From: Acidimicrobiia bacterium
GTDB taxonomy: Bacteria > Actinomycetota > Acidimicrobiia > Spongiisociales > ZC4RG35
Assembly: GCA_965215185.1 (NCBI GenBank)
Contig: OZ244034.1
Span: forward strand, 960,001-1,024,000
Direction of reading: 5' to 3'
DNA length: 64,000 nt
The notes beneath the pieces are model-generated. The model saw nothing but the letters and a program-made list of their open reading frames with translations, was not told the DNA's origin and ran no database searches. A program made the position numbers and the translations under genes. Positions 40,846-51,820 of the stretch are shown piece by piece (the first letter of the stretch is position 1; each line of letters begins with the position of its first letter).

Positions 40846-41440
40846 CGTGGACCCGCCGCGCTCCGTAGGTGCCGCGTGATTGTTGGTGTATCTGAGAGAT
40901 GAGGTCGGTAAGCCACGCATGCCGTATGGCACGGGCCGACGGTGGACGGGACCGCCAGTCGTAGAACGCGGACTCTGACACTCCCAGCACCCGGCAAGCC
41001 ACCTGTGTGGACAATCCTTCGGTTCTCATGGTGCGGATCGCCTCGTACCGTCTTTTGGGGACACCACCTTGGCTTTCAACAGCTCAATAGCTCGTTTAGT
41101 CACAGCCAACTCTGTCACCCGACTCGGCGATCCGGTGGCGAGCGGCCTGCAGTTCGGCCTTCTCCACCGAAGTCGGACCCGGCTCCAGACCGCGGTCAAT
41201 CCTGTCTTGACGTCGCCAGTTGCAGATCGTCTGTATCGGACACTCCAAGATCCTCTGACAACGACGCTACGGACCTGCCCGCTGCAAGCAGGTCCAGCAC
41301 CCTCCGACGGAACCGGGCGGACATTTCGATAAGGCATGAAGACCCTCCTCTCTGGGTCCAGTCATACCACCAATTCCAAATATCCCGACTCCGCAAAAGT
41401 GGGGGCACACCTCGCTCTTCGGTAAACCCGGGGCGGTTCA
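40846..41440 (-). mobile_element. IS3-family remnant (frameshifted orfA from 41337, 5' part of orfB)
   Basis: FRRRVLDLL; ACRVLGVS..FYDW..RGTYGARRV; IR-like ends near 41410 and 41440. Confidence 0.82.
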
Positions 41441-41454
41441 GAGCATCAAAGAGC

Positions 41455-41650
41455 CGGTAAAGGGGCGGTATCGGATCATGGTCCTGGTGCGAGGCCAGTC
41501 GGAGTTGGTGGCGGAGTATCGCCGGGCCCGGCCGTGTCGTGTGCTGTTGGTGGACGAGACCTCGATCCGCCGCCGGCATCGGTATGTGACCGTGGTTGCG
41601 TGCGGTGGCAGCGGCAAGGTGTTGGCGAAGATCCCAGGCCGAACGAAGCG
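41455..41650 (+). pseudogene. ISL3-family transposase fragment
   Basis: LVDETSIRRRHRYVTVV motif. Confidence 0.7.
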
Positions 41651-41696
41651 GTCCGATTGGGTCGCGCCTGATGGCTACGCTGAGTACCATCGGGGT

Positions 41697-42698
41697 ATGT
41701 CCGAGTGCAGGTTCGCGGTGGCTCTGCCGAGCAATCACATTAGGGAAGCCATTCCATTGGCCAAGTTGGCGGACGCCGAGTCTGTCGACTCGCTCTGGAC
41801 CATCGAAACGCGGCTGACAGGAGATGCGATCACCCCACTTTCGGTGTACGCAGCCAATACAGCCCGGATCCGCGTAGGTACGGCCGGGCTCCCCATTTGG
41901 ACGCGGCATCCCGCGCTGATTGCTCAGACGTTCGCGACACTTCATGCGCTGGCGCCCGGGCGAGTAGTACTCGGTCTGAGCGCTTGGTGGAACCCGTTAG
42001 CGACTCGCGTAGGTCTCAGCCTAAAGAAGCCTGTTACGGCCATGCGCGAGGTTGTCGAATCGATCCGGCTCCTTCTTACTGCAGAGGGTCCTGTAAGTTA
42101 CGCCGGCGAATTCGTTCGGCTACGGGAAGTTCGGCTGGAGAACCGGGTTGATGATACGCACAAGATCCGTATCTACATAGGTGCAGTGGGCCCTGAGCTT
42201 CTGCGTTTGGCTACCCGCGTGGCGGATGGCATCGTGTTGAACGGCGGTCACACTGTGGCGGCAACGCGCCGCGAGGTTGAGGTCATCCGCGAGGAAGCGA
42301 AGAAGGTAGGCCGCCCCTATGACGAGATTGACATTCTTAAGATGCTGCGGATCCGTGTCGATAACAACAAGGAGAGGGCGATTGCAGGACACAAACCGGA
42401 AGTTGCGCGGTACATTGCCGAACAAGCTCACATCGCCCGGTCCTCTGAAGCTGATCCTCGGCTTGTAACCCGTCTAAGATCGATGATGTCCTGGCCTTCA
42501 TCCGAGAGGGAGGCCATCAGGGCGGCTGGCTTGATCCCCGATAGTCTCGTCGAAAGCCTCGGGTGTTACGGTGACCACCAAGAAGTGTGCGCAAGGATCC
42601 GTGAGTACATGGCGGCTGGAATCACGATGCCTCTGCTCGTACCCGATAACATCACGTATATGCGCCGAGCAGTAGACCTGATGTTGGAAGGCTGGTGA
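41697..42698 (+). CDS. LLM-class flavin/F420-dependent oxidoreductase (paralog of 37758..38756)
   Basis: RHPALIAQTFATL, IYIGAVGP; start MSECRF aligns with the paralog N-terminus. Confidence 0.88.
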   Translation: MSECRFAVALPSNHIREAIPLAKLADAESVDSLWTIETRLTGDAITPLSVYAANTARIRVGTAGLPIWTRHPALIAQTFATLHALAPGRVVLGLSAWWNPLATRVGLSLKKPVTAMREVVESIRLLLTAEGPVSYAGEFVRLREVRLENRVDDTHKIRIYIGAVGPELLRLATRVADGIVLNGGHTVAATRREVEVIREEAKKVGRPYDEIDILKMLRIRVDNNKERAIAGHKPEVARYIAEQAHIARSSEADPRLVTRLRSMMSWPSSEREAIRAAGLIPDSLVESLGCYGDHQEVCARIREYMAAGITMPLLVPDNITYMRRAVDLMLEGW

Positions 42699-42780
42699 GA
42701 TGATGTATTCACGCTGCGCACCGCGCCGGAATAGTACGGTCGACTAGCCATCCACGGACGCCGTACCGAAGAGCACTGCT

Positions 42781-43737
42781 GTGCTTGAAGTCACCAACCT
42801 TCAGGTCCATTTCACAACGAGGCAGGGAACCGGGCGAGCTGTCGACGGTGTTTCCTTTAACTTGGAGCGAGGCGAGACGTTGGGGTTGGTCGGCGAGTCG
42901 GGATGCGGTAAGAGCATCACCGCCCTCTCGATCATCGGGCTACATCCGAGGCCTGCCTCAAGGGTTGTTTACGGTGAGATAGAACTGGATGGGGAGTCCA
43001 TTCTCGCGCTTTCGAAGCGGGAGATGCGTAAGGTTCGAGGAGAACGAATTTCGATGATTCTCCAGGATCCCTTGACGTCGCTGAATCCCGTTCTCACGAT
43101 TGGCAAGCAGGTGGGCGAGCCGCTGCGGCTCCATCGCAACATGGACAGGTCGGCGTCGCGCAATCGGGTGATCGAGTTGCTCCGTCAGTTACACATCCCC
43201 GGACCCGAGTCGAAGCTCGATGATCACCCCCACCAGTTCAGCGGTGGAATGCGTCAGAGAGTGGTGGGTGCGATCGCGTTGGCCGCAGACCCTGATCTGC
43301 TCATTGCGGACGAACCAACCACCGCGCTGGATGTTACGCTCCAGGCTGCCTTTCTCGCTCACCTAAAAGCAATACAGAGAGCGCGAGGTCTTGCGATTCT
43401 GTTCATCACTCATGACTTCAGCATCATCGCCAAGATGTGTGATAGGGTGGCTGTCATGTACGCAGGAAAGATCGTTGAGACTGGACCCACGGCTGAGCTG
43501 CTCTCCTCTCCAGAACACCCTTACACGCAAGCGCTCCTTGAATCCGTTCCGTCTGTCGACCGGGGCAGAAAGCGGCTCAACTCCATCGGGGGGAGTCCAC
43601 CGTCTATCTATGATCTGCCGAAGGGATGCACGTTTGAACCGCGATGCTCCTACGCCATGGACCGCTGCCGAGAGTCCTATCCTCTTCAATTCGACATCGC
43701 CGACGATCACTCAGTGAGTTGTTGGCTGCTGGAATGA
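42781..43737 (+). CDS. ABC ATP-binding protein (DppD-like)
   Basis: [24 protein letters not shown]. Confidence 0.92.
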   Translation: MLEVTNLQVHFTTRQGTGRAVDGVSFNLERGETLGLVGESGCGKSITALSIIGLHPRPASRVVYGEIELDGESILALSKREMRKVRGERISMILQDPLTSLNPVLTIGKQVGEPLRLHRNMDRSASRNRVIELLRQLHIPGPESKLDDHPHQFSGGMRQRVVGAIALAADPDLLIADEPTTALDVTLQAAFLAHLKAIQRARGLAILFITHDFSIIAKMCDRVAVMYAGKIVETGPTAELLSSPEHPYTQALLESVPSVDRGRKRLNSIGGSPPSIYDLPKGCTFEPRCSYAMDRCRESYPLQFDIADDHSVSCWLLE

Positions 43738-44753
43738 ACCCCCCCGACCCCATCATCGGCGTTAGAGAACTCAAAAAACACTTTCCAATTGGTAGTGGAA
43801 CTCTGTCGCCGCGGAAGGAGAGGAAGTTTGTGCGTGCTGTAGATGGTGTGACGTTCAACCTCTATGCACAAGAAACCTTGAGCCTGGTTGGCGAATCCGG
43901 ATCAGGAAAGACGACCACTGCTCGCATGATCCTCCGACTCATCGCCCCTACGTCCGGCCGTGTCGTCTTCGAGGGGGAAGACGTGGCGAAGTTACGGGGC
44001 ACCAAGCTAAGACACTATCGAGCATCGGTTCAGGCGGTGTTCCAGGACCCCTGGAGTTCTCTCAATCCCCGCAAGCGAGCTGAATCGATCATCGCTGAAC
44101 CGATAGTCATCAACCAACCGTTGCCAAAGGCGGAGCTTCAGGTTCGTGTTGAGGAGCTTCTTGCGGCCGTAGGGCTCGGTCCCACTGTCATGAGGCATTA
44201 CCCGCATGAGTTCAGTGGTGGAATGCGTCAGCGCATTGCGGTTGCCCGTGCACTCGCGCTCAATCCATCCGTTATCATCCTCGACGAGCCCGTCTCAGCA
44301 CTCGATGTCTCGATCCGGGCGCAGATCATGAACCTCCTCCGTGATCTCCAAGAGAGCTTCCATATATCGTATCTACTCATCGCTCACGACCTCGCGACCG
44401 TCCGCTATCTGAGCGACAGAGTGGCTGTGATGTATCTCGGACGACTTGTAGAGGTGGCTCCTTCAGAAGAGCTATTCGAGAACCCGCTGCATCCTTATAC
44501 CCAGGCGCTAATTGCTAGCTCACGATCGACGACAATGGTAGATGAAGAAGCAGCACGTCTTCTGGCTTCCGACATCCCGTCGCCTGTTAAGCCCCCTTCC
44601 GGCTGTGCCTTCTATGCCCGCTGTCCGGTCTCGGTAGCAGCAAGAAGCGACGACCCAATCTTCTACAAAAGAACCGTAACCGAGAGACCAGAGCTCATCG
44701 AAGTCCGGCCTGGTCACCTGGTAGCCTGTCATCAATTCGATCCCAAGGATTGA
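43734..44753 (+). CDS. ABC ATP-binding protein (DppF-like)
   Basis: [16 protein letters not shown]; ATGA overlap with upstream gene. Confidence 0.92.
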   Translation: MNPPDPIIGVRELKKHFPIGSGTLSPRKERKFVRAVDGVTFNLYAQETLSLVGESGSGKTTTARMILRLIAPTSGRVVFEGEDVAKLRGTKLRHYRASVQAVFQDPWSSLNPRKRAESIIAEPIVINQPLPKAELQVRVEELLAAVGLGPTVMRHYPHEFSGGMRQRIAVARALALNPSVIILDEPVSALDVSIRAQIMNLLRDLQESFHISYLLIAHDLATVRYLSDRVAVMYLGRLVEVAPSEELFENPLHPYTQALIASSRSTTMVDEEAARLLASDIPSPVKPPSGCAFYARCPVSVAARSDDPIFYKRTVTERPELIEVRPGHLVACHQFDPKD

Positions 44754-45336
44754 GAGGATGTCGGTGGAAGAGGTTCTTTTTGACTTGTGTACTCACTGTT
44801 CAGCAGTCGGTATCCTCAGAAGTTCTGGCCGCTACGTTGAGTGACGATCGTAGGCCCGTTAGGAATAGACGACCGACAACGACTACTACCAGATGCGGAG
44901 TCTACGTTCAGGGGTCACGACACTCATGTCTGTGGAGCCAAGTCCGCCAGGGGAGCGAGGGCATCAATATCAGGCACTACGTCGACTATTACGGGTCCGG
45001 TTCAACTCAAACGCTCTTTCCAATGCTGGGCCGATTGTACCGGGCTACTCGACACGAATACCTACGGCGCCTATATCACCCGCGAGGCGAGCGAAATCGA
45101 CGTCTGAGGATACTCAGAGCTCCTTCGCTTGCTCCGTCTGTGTGCCATAGTATGCGCGGTCGAAACCACGCTTTGATTGATTACCAGAGCGATTAGTGTT
45201 GACCACCGTTACTGTGTCAATACCCGATCCGACAGCGCTCCTCGAACGAAACTCGCTGTGCCATAATAAAACCCACCTCCACCGTGTGGTCGCTTGTACT
45301 TCACGACCAATAATGGCCGATCACGAACGACCACCG

Positions 45337-45644
45337 GTGGAGCTACCCGGGTTTGGTGGTACCCCACTTTGGTGGAGTCGGGTTATTTGAATTGGTGGTG
45401 TGACTGACCCGAAAGGAGTCTTCATGCCTTATCGATATCCACCCGAGTTCCGTCGCAGGGTGCTCGACCTGTTGGCAGTTGGTAGGTCGGTAGCGTCGTT
45501 GTCAGCGGATCTGGGGGTGTCTGATCAGACGATCTACAACTGGCGGCGCCAAGACCGAATCGACCGCGGTCTACAACCCGGTGCCACTTCGGAGGAACAG
45601 GCCGAACTGTGGGCCGCTCGCCGTCGGATCGTCGAGCTGGAAAC
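45337..45644 (+). mobile_element. IS3-family left end and orfA (from 45424), cut by IS110 B
   Basis: MPYRYPPEFRRRVLDLL..QTIYNWRRQ..RIVELET|. Confidence 0.85.
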
Positions 45645-46866
45645 CACTCATACTTGTAAAGGCCTCTAGGCCGGGGCGGGTCTGACCCTTACGAAACCTG
45701 GCCTTGTGTCTTTAGTTCGATCTGTCGGCCTGCTTTCCGGCCTGGAGGCGCAGCATTCCTGACTGGGACGGGATGTGACCTGATAGGAGCCTTGCTTCTC
45801 CACCACCGTGAGTGGCCTGCCCACCCGCCCCGGGTCAGGGAATACCAGGCGATTCTATCCCCAAAAGGAGAAAAGGGATCATGTCAGAAGATCGTAAGGT
45901 TGACATTTGTGGTGGGGTTGATACCCATCGTGATGTTCATGTGGCTGTGGTTGGTTGACACCGCCGGGCGGGTCTTGGGCTCGGCGCCGTTCACAGCCGA
46001 CTATGAGAAACTGGGCGACTGGTTACAGTCCCACGGCAGCGTGGTCCGAGTTGGGGTGGAGGGCACCGGTAGCTACGGCGCTGGCCTGGCCCGCCACCTA
46101 ACCAGAGCCTGTGTCAAGGTGGTGGAGGTGAACCGTCCCAACCGGCAGCTGCGCCGCTTCAGGGGCAAAACCGACATCGTGGACGCTGAGAACGCCGCCC
46201 GGGCTGCTCTCAGTGGGCAGGCCACCGCCCAACCCAAAAGCGGTGACAGACCAGTCGAGGCGATCAGAATGCTGGGGGTGGTCCGTCGTTCGGCGATCAA
46301 AGCCCGCACCCAGACCATCAACCAACTACACGCCCTGGTAGTGACCGCTCCCGAGCAGGTCAAACACCAACTCGGGGAGCTAACCCCCAAAGACCGCGTC
46401 AAAGTCTGTGCCGCTTTTCGTCCCCGCCCAGATGACACCACCATCGCCTATGCCAAACAAGCGCTACGCATCCTGGCCCGCCGATATCAGACGCTCACCA
46501 CCGAAATCACAGAACTCGACACCCACATCAACCGTCTCTGCGTCCGAGCCAACCCGGCACTGTTAGCCACCCCAGGGATCGGCGCGGACACTGCCGCCAC
46601 CCTACTGATCGCAGCCGGTGACAACCCCCACCGCCTGCACTCAGAAGCGTCCTTCGCCGCCCTGTGCGGCGCCAGTCCCGTCCAGGCGTCCTCGGACAAA
46701 CCATACGGCACCGGCTCAACCGCGGCGGGAACCGCCAAGCCAACAACGCTTTGTGGCGCATCGCCATCACCCGCATGAGCTACGACCAGACCACCATCGC
46801 CTACGTCCAAAAACGCCAAACGGAAGGCAAAACCCGCCGGGAGATCATCCGCTGCCTGAAACGCAC
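45645..46866 (+). mobile_element. IS110 element B (A-type), recombinase from 45881 frameshifted, right end lost
   Basis: GGVDTHRD, EGTG, KTDIVDA, ASSG; left end homologous to element A. Confidence 0.87.
45660..45840 (+). ncRNA. Putative bridge RNA of IS110 element B (ends approximate)
   Basis: Scaffold and donor guides shared with A; target guides TACGAAACC and AGTTCG differ. Confidence 0.78.
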
Positions 46867-46945
46867 TCAACCGTTGCTGTACTGCCCCGACCAGCCCGTC
46901 AGCCGAGCGCAAATGGCCTCGTTCATAATCAGATCCCTTCCCTAA
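46867..46945 (+). pseudogene. C-terminal SLH-domain fragment
   Basis: YCPDQPVSRAQMASFIIR*. Confidence 0.6.
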
Positions 46946-47438
46946 ACATCAAAATGCCCCCTACCCGAGTAAGGGCATTCGCACACGGAAACCGATGCCC
47001 TAACCGATCTCGCCTTTCGAGTATGGACAAAACTGGCACCCGATACACATCACCAGCACCGGCAGAGCACCATTCTCTATGGGTTCTACGCGGGCGAAAA
47101 CAGCCTGCCCTCCTGTCCCTTCTGCGAAAACACCTGCCAAATACAACCCGGGAATGCTGGCAGGGACTAGCCAAACACCGGGTCAGAAGCCACCTAGTGA
47201 TAGGCCTGACCAAACACGGCGTCGGCATTAGACGAAAAGTCCTGATCGTCCTAATGGGATGAAGTCTCTGAGCTGGGGTTTCGCTGCTTTGCTATCTGCT
47301 GTGGGCAGAAAGCTCGCCTTTGGACATATCTCTTCTAGATACGACACAACGCGGGTACCTCGGGCTACTCTGGGGGCCCCTTGGTGGCGGAAGCGTGGCG
47401 GCGGGACAATGTTCACCCTCGCAAGGAAACTGATAAGT

Positions 47439-47705
47439 ATGAACACTGAAAACACGATCGACACAATCGCTGTGGGGGAATGTCTCCGTGTTGATTGTCC
47501 TCAATGCGCGGCGTTGGACGCGCTTCAAGAAGCGTATGTAGAACTGGCAAAGGTGGGCACCCTCGAGGAAGTTGCCGACTGGGCCTGGCAGAAGACCGAA
47601 ACCTTTGAAATTGTCGCGTTGGCAGCAACAGCCCAGAGTGTCAAAGAACCTGGCAGCCGGTGTGCCGCAGGTCTCCAGGAGGACACATCAAGAATCCATC
47701 CCTAA
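47439..47705 (+). CDS. Hypothetical protein with CxxC
   Basis: Short ORF with AAGGA upstream and plausible composition; no recognisable family. Confidence 0.35.
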   Translation: MNTENTIDTIAVGECLRVDCPQCAALDALQEAYVELAKVGTLEEVADWAWQKTETFEIVALAATAQSVKEPGSRCAAGLQEDTSRIHP

Positions 47706-47785
47706 ACAGAACCAAGCCACCCCTTCACTGTTACCCGATCCCCCGTCATGGTCGTAGGGGCTTCTCTTGAAATGAAACGCCCGCA

Positions 47786-47955
47786 GTGTTAGACCACAGT
47801 GTGTTGCCCTCCTATCAGGGTGACAACCTGGTAAATCTGGTGGCTGAGTTGGAGATTCCTCTCACTGGGCAATCTGCCACCACAGGGCGCAGTTCGGAGT
47901 TGGCTGGTCTGATACCGGACAAACGCAACTATGTAATGGTCGTTTTCGATGGCCT
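47786..47955 (+). pseudogene. Alkaline phosphatase/phosphodiesterase family N-terminal fragment
   Basis: VLPSYQGDNLVNL..YVMVVFDGL, then homology appears to stop. Confidence 0.55.
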
Positions 47956-48166
47956 GTCAACTGTCTGGCCATCTGTCAATCTGAGGATTCGATGTCCCGA
48001 AACAGGGATATCGTCTGTTTTAATACCGGAAAGGTGGTCTACGACTGCGAACTCTTCCTTTGTTGGTTAGACCGACGTTGACTGGTCTTCTATTACGTGA
48101 ATATGACGCTACCCTATTCTTTGGTATGCCTTGGAGTCCGAGTTCTGCCAGTGTGGGGGATCCCGG

Positions 48167-48769
48167 GTGAAACCTCGCCAACCCGCGTTGCCCGGTGCTT
48201 TCAAAGGCATATGGGCGATAGTTGCCGGTCCCTCTCGGGTTGCGGCGCTGTGTCTGGCTGGAGCGTTGGTCGTGTTTTTGGGTTTCCCAGCTTATGCCCA
48301 GAGCGGCGTAGAGACGTTGGCTCCTTCTAACCTCAACGCGGCGATAGTGGATGGTGGGGTCGTTTTGAGTTGGTCGTCTCCGGTCCAGGACGCCGCTTCC
48401 GTGACGGGCTATGAGATTCTGCGGCGGCGTCCAAGGGAGGGGGAGGGCACCATGCTGGTTCTGGTGGCGGACACCGGTTCCACCACTACCACCTATTTGG
48501 ATGCCACGGCGAACCAGCCGGGGGTCCGGTACAAGTACCGGGTCAGGGCGCTTCGTGGCAGCGTGAAAAGTGCGAGGTCCAACTACGCCCGCGTTGACCT
48601 GCCCGAGGATGATGATAGGTCTATCAGATCTGACGGCAGGGCGGTTGACGGGTTGGGCGAGGTTACGGCCGCGGGGAACGGGACTTGTCCGGGAGGGGGG
48701 TTTGACCCGGTGGCGACTGCGGTGACGATCGACAGCGTTCCGGTGGTGGTGCGGTCCAACTCGCGTTGA
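48167..48769 (+). CDS. Signal peptide plus fibronectin type III domain; probable 5' part of the downstream gene
   Basis: Hydrophobic leader ending AYA-Q; APSNL..LSW..GYEI..Y.YRVRA. Confidence 0.75.
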   Translation: MKPRQPALPGAFKGIWAIVAGPSRVAALCLAGALVVFLGFPAYAQSGVETLAPSNLNAAIVDGGVVLSWSSPVQDAASVTGYEILRRRPREGEGTMLVLVADTGSTTTTYLDATANQPGVRYKYRVRALRGSVKSARSNYARVDLPEDDDRSIRSDGRAVDGLGEVTAAGNGTCPGGGFDPVATAVTIDSVPVVVRSNSR

Positions 48770-48893
48770 CCTGCCCGAGGATGATGAGGTCTATCAGATC
48801 TCGTTGACGGGTTGGGCGAGGTTACGGCCGCGGGGAACGGGACGCTGACCCGGTGGCGACTGCGGTGACGATCGACAGCGTTCCGGTGGTGGT
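48590..48893. repeat. Imperfect tandem duplication (about 170-bp period) breaking the frame
   Basis: CGCGTTGACCTGCCCGAGGATGATGA at 48590 and 48762; second copy has deletions. Confidence 0.85.
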
Positions 48894-48943
48894 CGGGTCC
48901 GGTTGGAGTATTTCGTGTTGTATGCGCCTCGGATGCTGATGCG

Positions 48944-51820
48944 GTGTCCTGGGAGATCCCGGTGGCGGTGGTGCGGGGCGAGGCCGGCACGACCACTTTG
49001 GTCGAGAACGTGGAGGCGCTGCCGGTGGAGCGCTACCGGGTGGAGAAGTATCTGGTCTCTGACCCCGCCGACGTCGACGGCGACTGCGTCGACGACATAA
49101 CTGAGTTGGGTGATCCTGTGGGTATGAGCCCGGTGCATTCCGCCCCCTCGATCAGCTTCAGCGACGGCGTGGCGTCGATACCGGACCTGGAGACGTTCCT
49201 GCAAACGGCACCATTCCGTGACTCGGTGAATACTTCGCTGACCCACGCGGTCGCGGATTCCAAGTTCATACTGCTTGACCGCAGCAGCGAACGCCCGGGC
49301 CTTGTTTTCATCAACACCCACACTCACAAGACCCATGCGGAGTTCTATTACGCGACGGGTCTCGGGCGATCGGAGGACTTCCATGGGAATCTCCACTACG
49401 ACGCACGACTGGTGGCGCCCGACGGCAGCCTCGGGGCGTGGTACCTGTGGATCAAGAGCCGCCTCACCTTCACCGAGATGGACCGCATCTATGCGTTGGT
49501 GGCTGCGAGCACGCAGGCGCTCGACAACAACGTGTACGTCTTCATTCCCGCCTACAAGCTGGACTGGTTCGAAACTCAGCGACAGCAATATGAAGCGTCG
49601 CGGATAGATGTCGTGTTCCACGACGACCTCTCGCCCGATGCTCGCATCGATTTCTTGAACCCAGGCGTGGGGTACGGGCGGCTGCGGGTCATGGATCCCG
49701 ATGGTCGACCCCACCCTCGCGAGGTTGTGATCTATGAGGCTGTGCCAAACGAGCTGCCCCGCGTCGCAGGGATCATCACGACCGTGCGACAGGCGCCGCT
49801 GTCGCATGTGAACCTGCGCGCCGTCCAGGACGGCCTTCCTAACGCTTATGTCCGCGACGTGCTCGACGATCCCGACGTTGCGGCCCTCGTGGGCGGGTTC
49901 GTGCGCTATGAGGTGACCGAGTCCGGATGGTCGCTGCGCGCCGCCACACCAGATGAAGTCGACGAGCATTACGAGTCGGCGAGGCCGTCGCAGGCGCAGA
50001 CACCGCAGCGGGATCTGTCGGTCACGTCCGTCACACCGTTGAGCGATGTGCACTTCGAGGATTGGACCGCGTTCGGGGTCAAGGCCGCCAATGTGGCGGA
50101 GTTGGGCCGGCTCGGGTTCACGGCGGGGACGGTGCCCGAGGGGTTCGCGATCCCATTCTACTTCTATGACGAGTTCATGAGGGCCAACGGGTTCCACGCG
50201 CGTGTCGACGAGATGCTGGCCGATCCCGACTTCCAGGCGGACTTCGACGTCCAGGACGACATGCTCGACGACCTGCGCGAGGACATCGAGGACGCGGACT
50301 CGCCCCAGTGGATCATCGACGCGCTCACCGAGATGCACGCGACGTTCCCTGCCGGGACATCGCTGCGGTACCGGTCGAGCACCAACAACGAGGACCTGCC
50401 GGGATTCAACGGCGCAGGACTGTATGACTCCAAGACCCAGGATCCCGACGAGACCGCAGACGACGGCATCGACAAATCCCTCAAAGGCGTGTTCGCCAGT
50501 CTCTGGAACTTCCGGGCCTTCACCGAACGCGACTTCCATCGCATCGACCACCCGTCGGCTGCGATGGGCGTGCTGGTGCATCCCAACTACTCAGACGAGC
50601 TGGCCAACGGCGTCGCCGTGAGCTTCGACCCGTTCTACGACCTCGGCGGACTCAGCCGGTACTACGTCAACACACAAGTCGGCGAAGATCTGGTCACCAA
50701 TCCCGAGGCGCGCTCGGTGCCCGAGGAACTCCTGCTGATTCCCGACGGCGGCTACGTCGTGCTGTCCACCTCCAATCAGGTAGTCCCCAATGAACTGCTC
50801 ATGAGCGACTCGCAGATCACGCAGCTCACGCAGCATCTCACCACCATCCACGACCACTTCGAGGCGCTGTACCGTCCGGCGGCCGGCGAGCCGTTCGCCA
50901 TCGAGATCGAGTTCAAGATCACCGCCGAGGACATCCTCGCCATCAAGCAAGCCCGCCCCTGGGTATTCAGCGACGCCACCGAAACCACCACGACGACCAC
51001 CACCACCACTACAACTACAACTACAACGACAACTACAACTACAACAACCACCACCGGCGGAGGAGGGGGCGGAGGTGGAGGATCGGGAGGGGGAGGCGGC
51101 AGCAGCGGAGGGGGTGGGGGCTTTGACGGAGGGGGTGGTGGAGAGGAGCCTCTCAGGGCATCGGAACTCTTCCAAGATATAGACACTCTTCCCCCGGGAG
51201 TGTGGTACGAATCGGCGGTCACGTGGATGATCCTTCACAAAGTCACCTCCGGATGTTCCACCACTATGTTCTGTCCCGACGCCAACCTCACCCGCCAACA
51301 ATTCGTCACGTTCCTCTGGAGAGCAGCCGGCCGACCCACCCCCACCTACCAAGGATCAGAAGCCTTCACCGACGTAGCAGAAGGGATCTACTCGGACCAG
51401 GCCATCGGCTGGGCGGTCTCCAACGAAATCACCGTGGGATGCACCCCAGGCACCTTTAGTGATCCCGACTGGAAGTTTTGCCCAACGGATCACGTCACCA
51501 GGGGACAAATGGCCACCCTCCTCTACCGGCACGTAGAAGCCGACTATGTTGGCACAACCCTCCCATACACCGATGTGCAACCAGACCGATACTACGCGGA
51601 AAGCATCACCTGGCTCACCGACTTCCAAATAGTCCCCGGATGCGGACCAAACCTGTTCTGCCCCAACCGAGACAAATAGTCCCCGGATGCGGACCAAACC
51701 TGTTCTGCCCCAACCGATGACGCCACCCGCGCCGAAGCAGCACTCTTCATCAACGGAATAGCCATCCGACCCCACACCTGGGGACCAGGAAACACCAGCT
51801 TCATACCCCAACCAAACTAA
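48944..51820 (+). CDS. PEP/pyruvate-binding (dikinase-like) domain protein with Thr/Gly linker and three SLH domains; last SLH frameshifted
   Basis: PLSHVNLRA, FGVKAAN, RSSTNNEDLPGFNGAGLYDS, IEFK..IKQARP, FCP..TR SLH motifs. Confidence 0.8.
50977..51141 (+). repeat. Poly-Thr (ACN)n and poly-Gly low-complexity linker
   Basis: Direct reading of the sequence. Confidence 0.9.
51626..51717. repeat. Tandem duplication with 47-bp period
   Basis: CAAATAGTCCCCGGATGCGGACCAAACCTGTTCTGCCCCAACCGA x2. Confidence 0.9.

Noticed and set aside
44750-45196. Overlapping short ORFs after the dppF-like gene
   Set aside because: No recognisable family or RBS; cannot be supported
50977-51141. Phase-variable simple sequence repeat
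   Set aside because: Triplet units with mixed codons keep the frame; this is a protein linker
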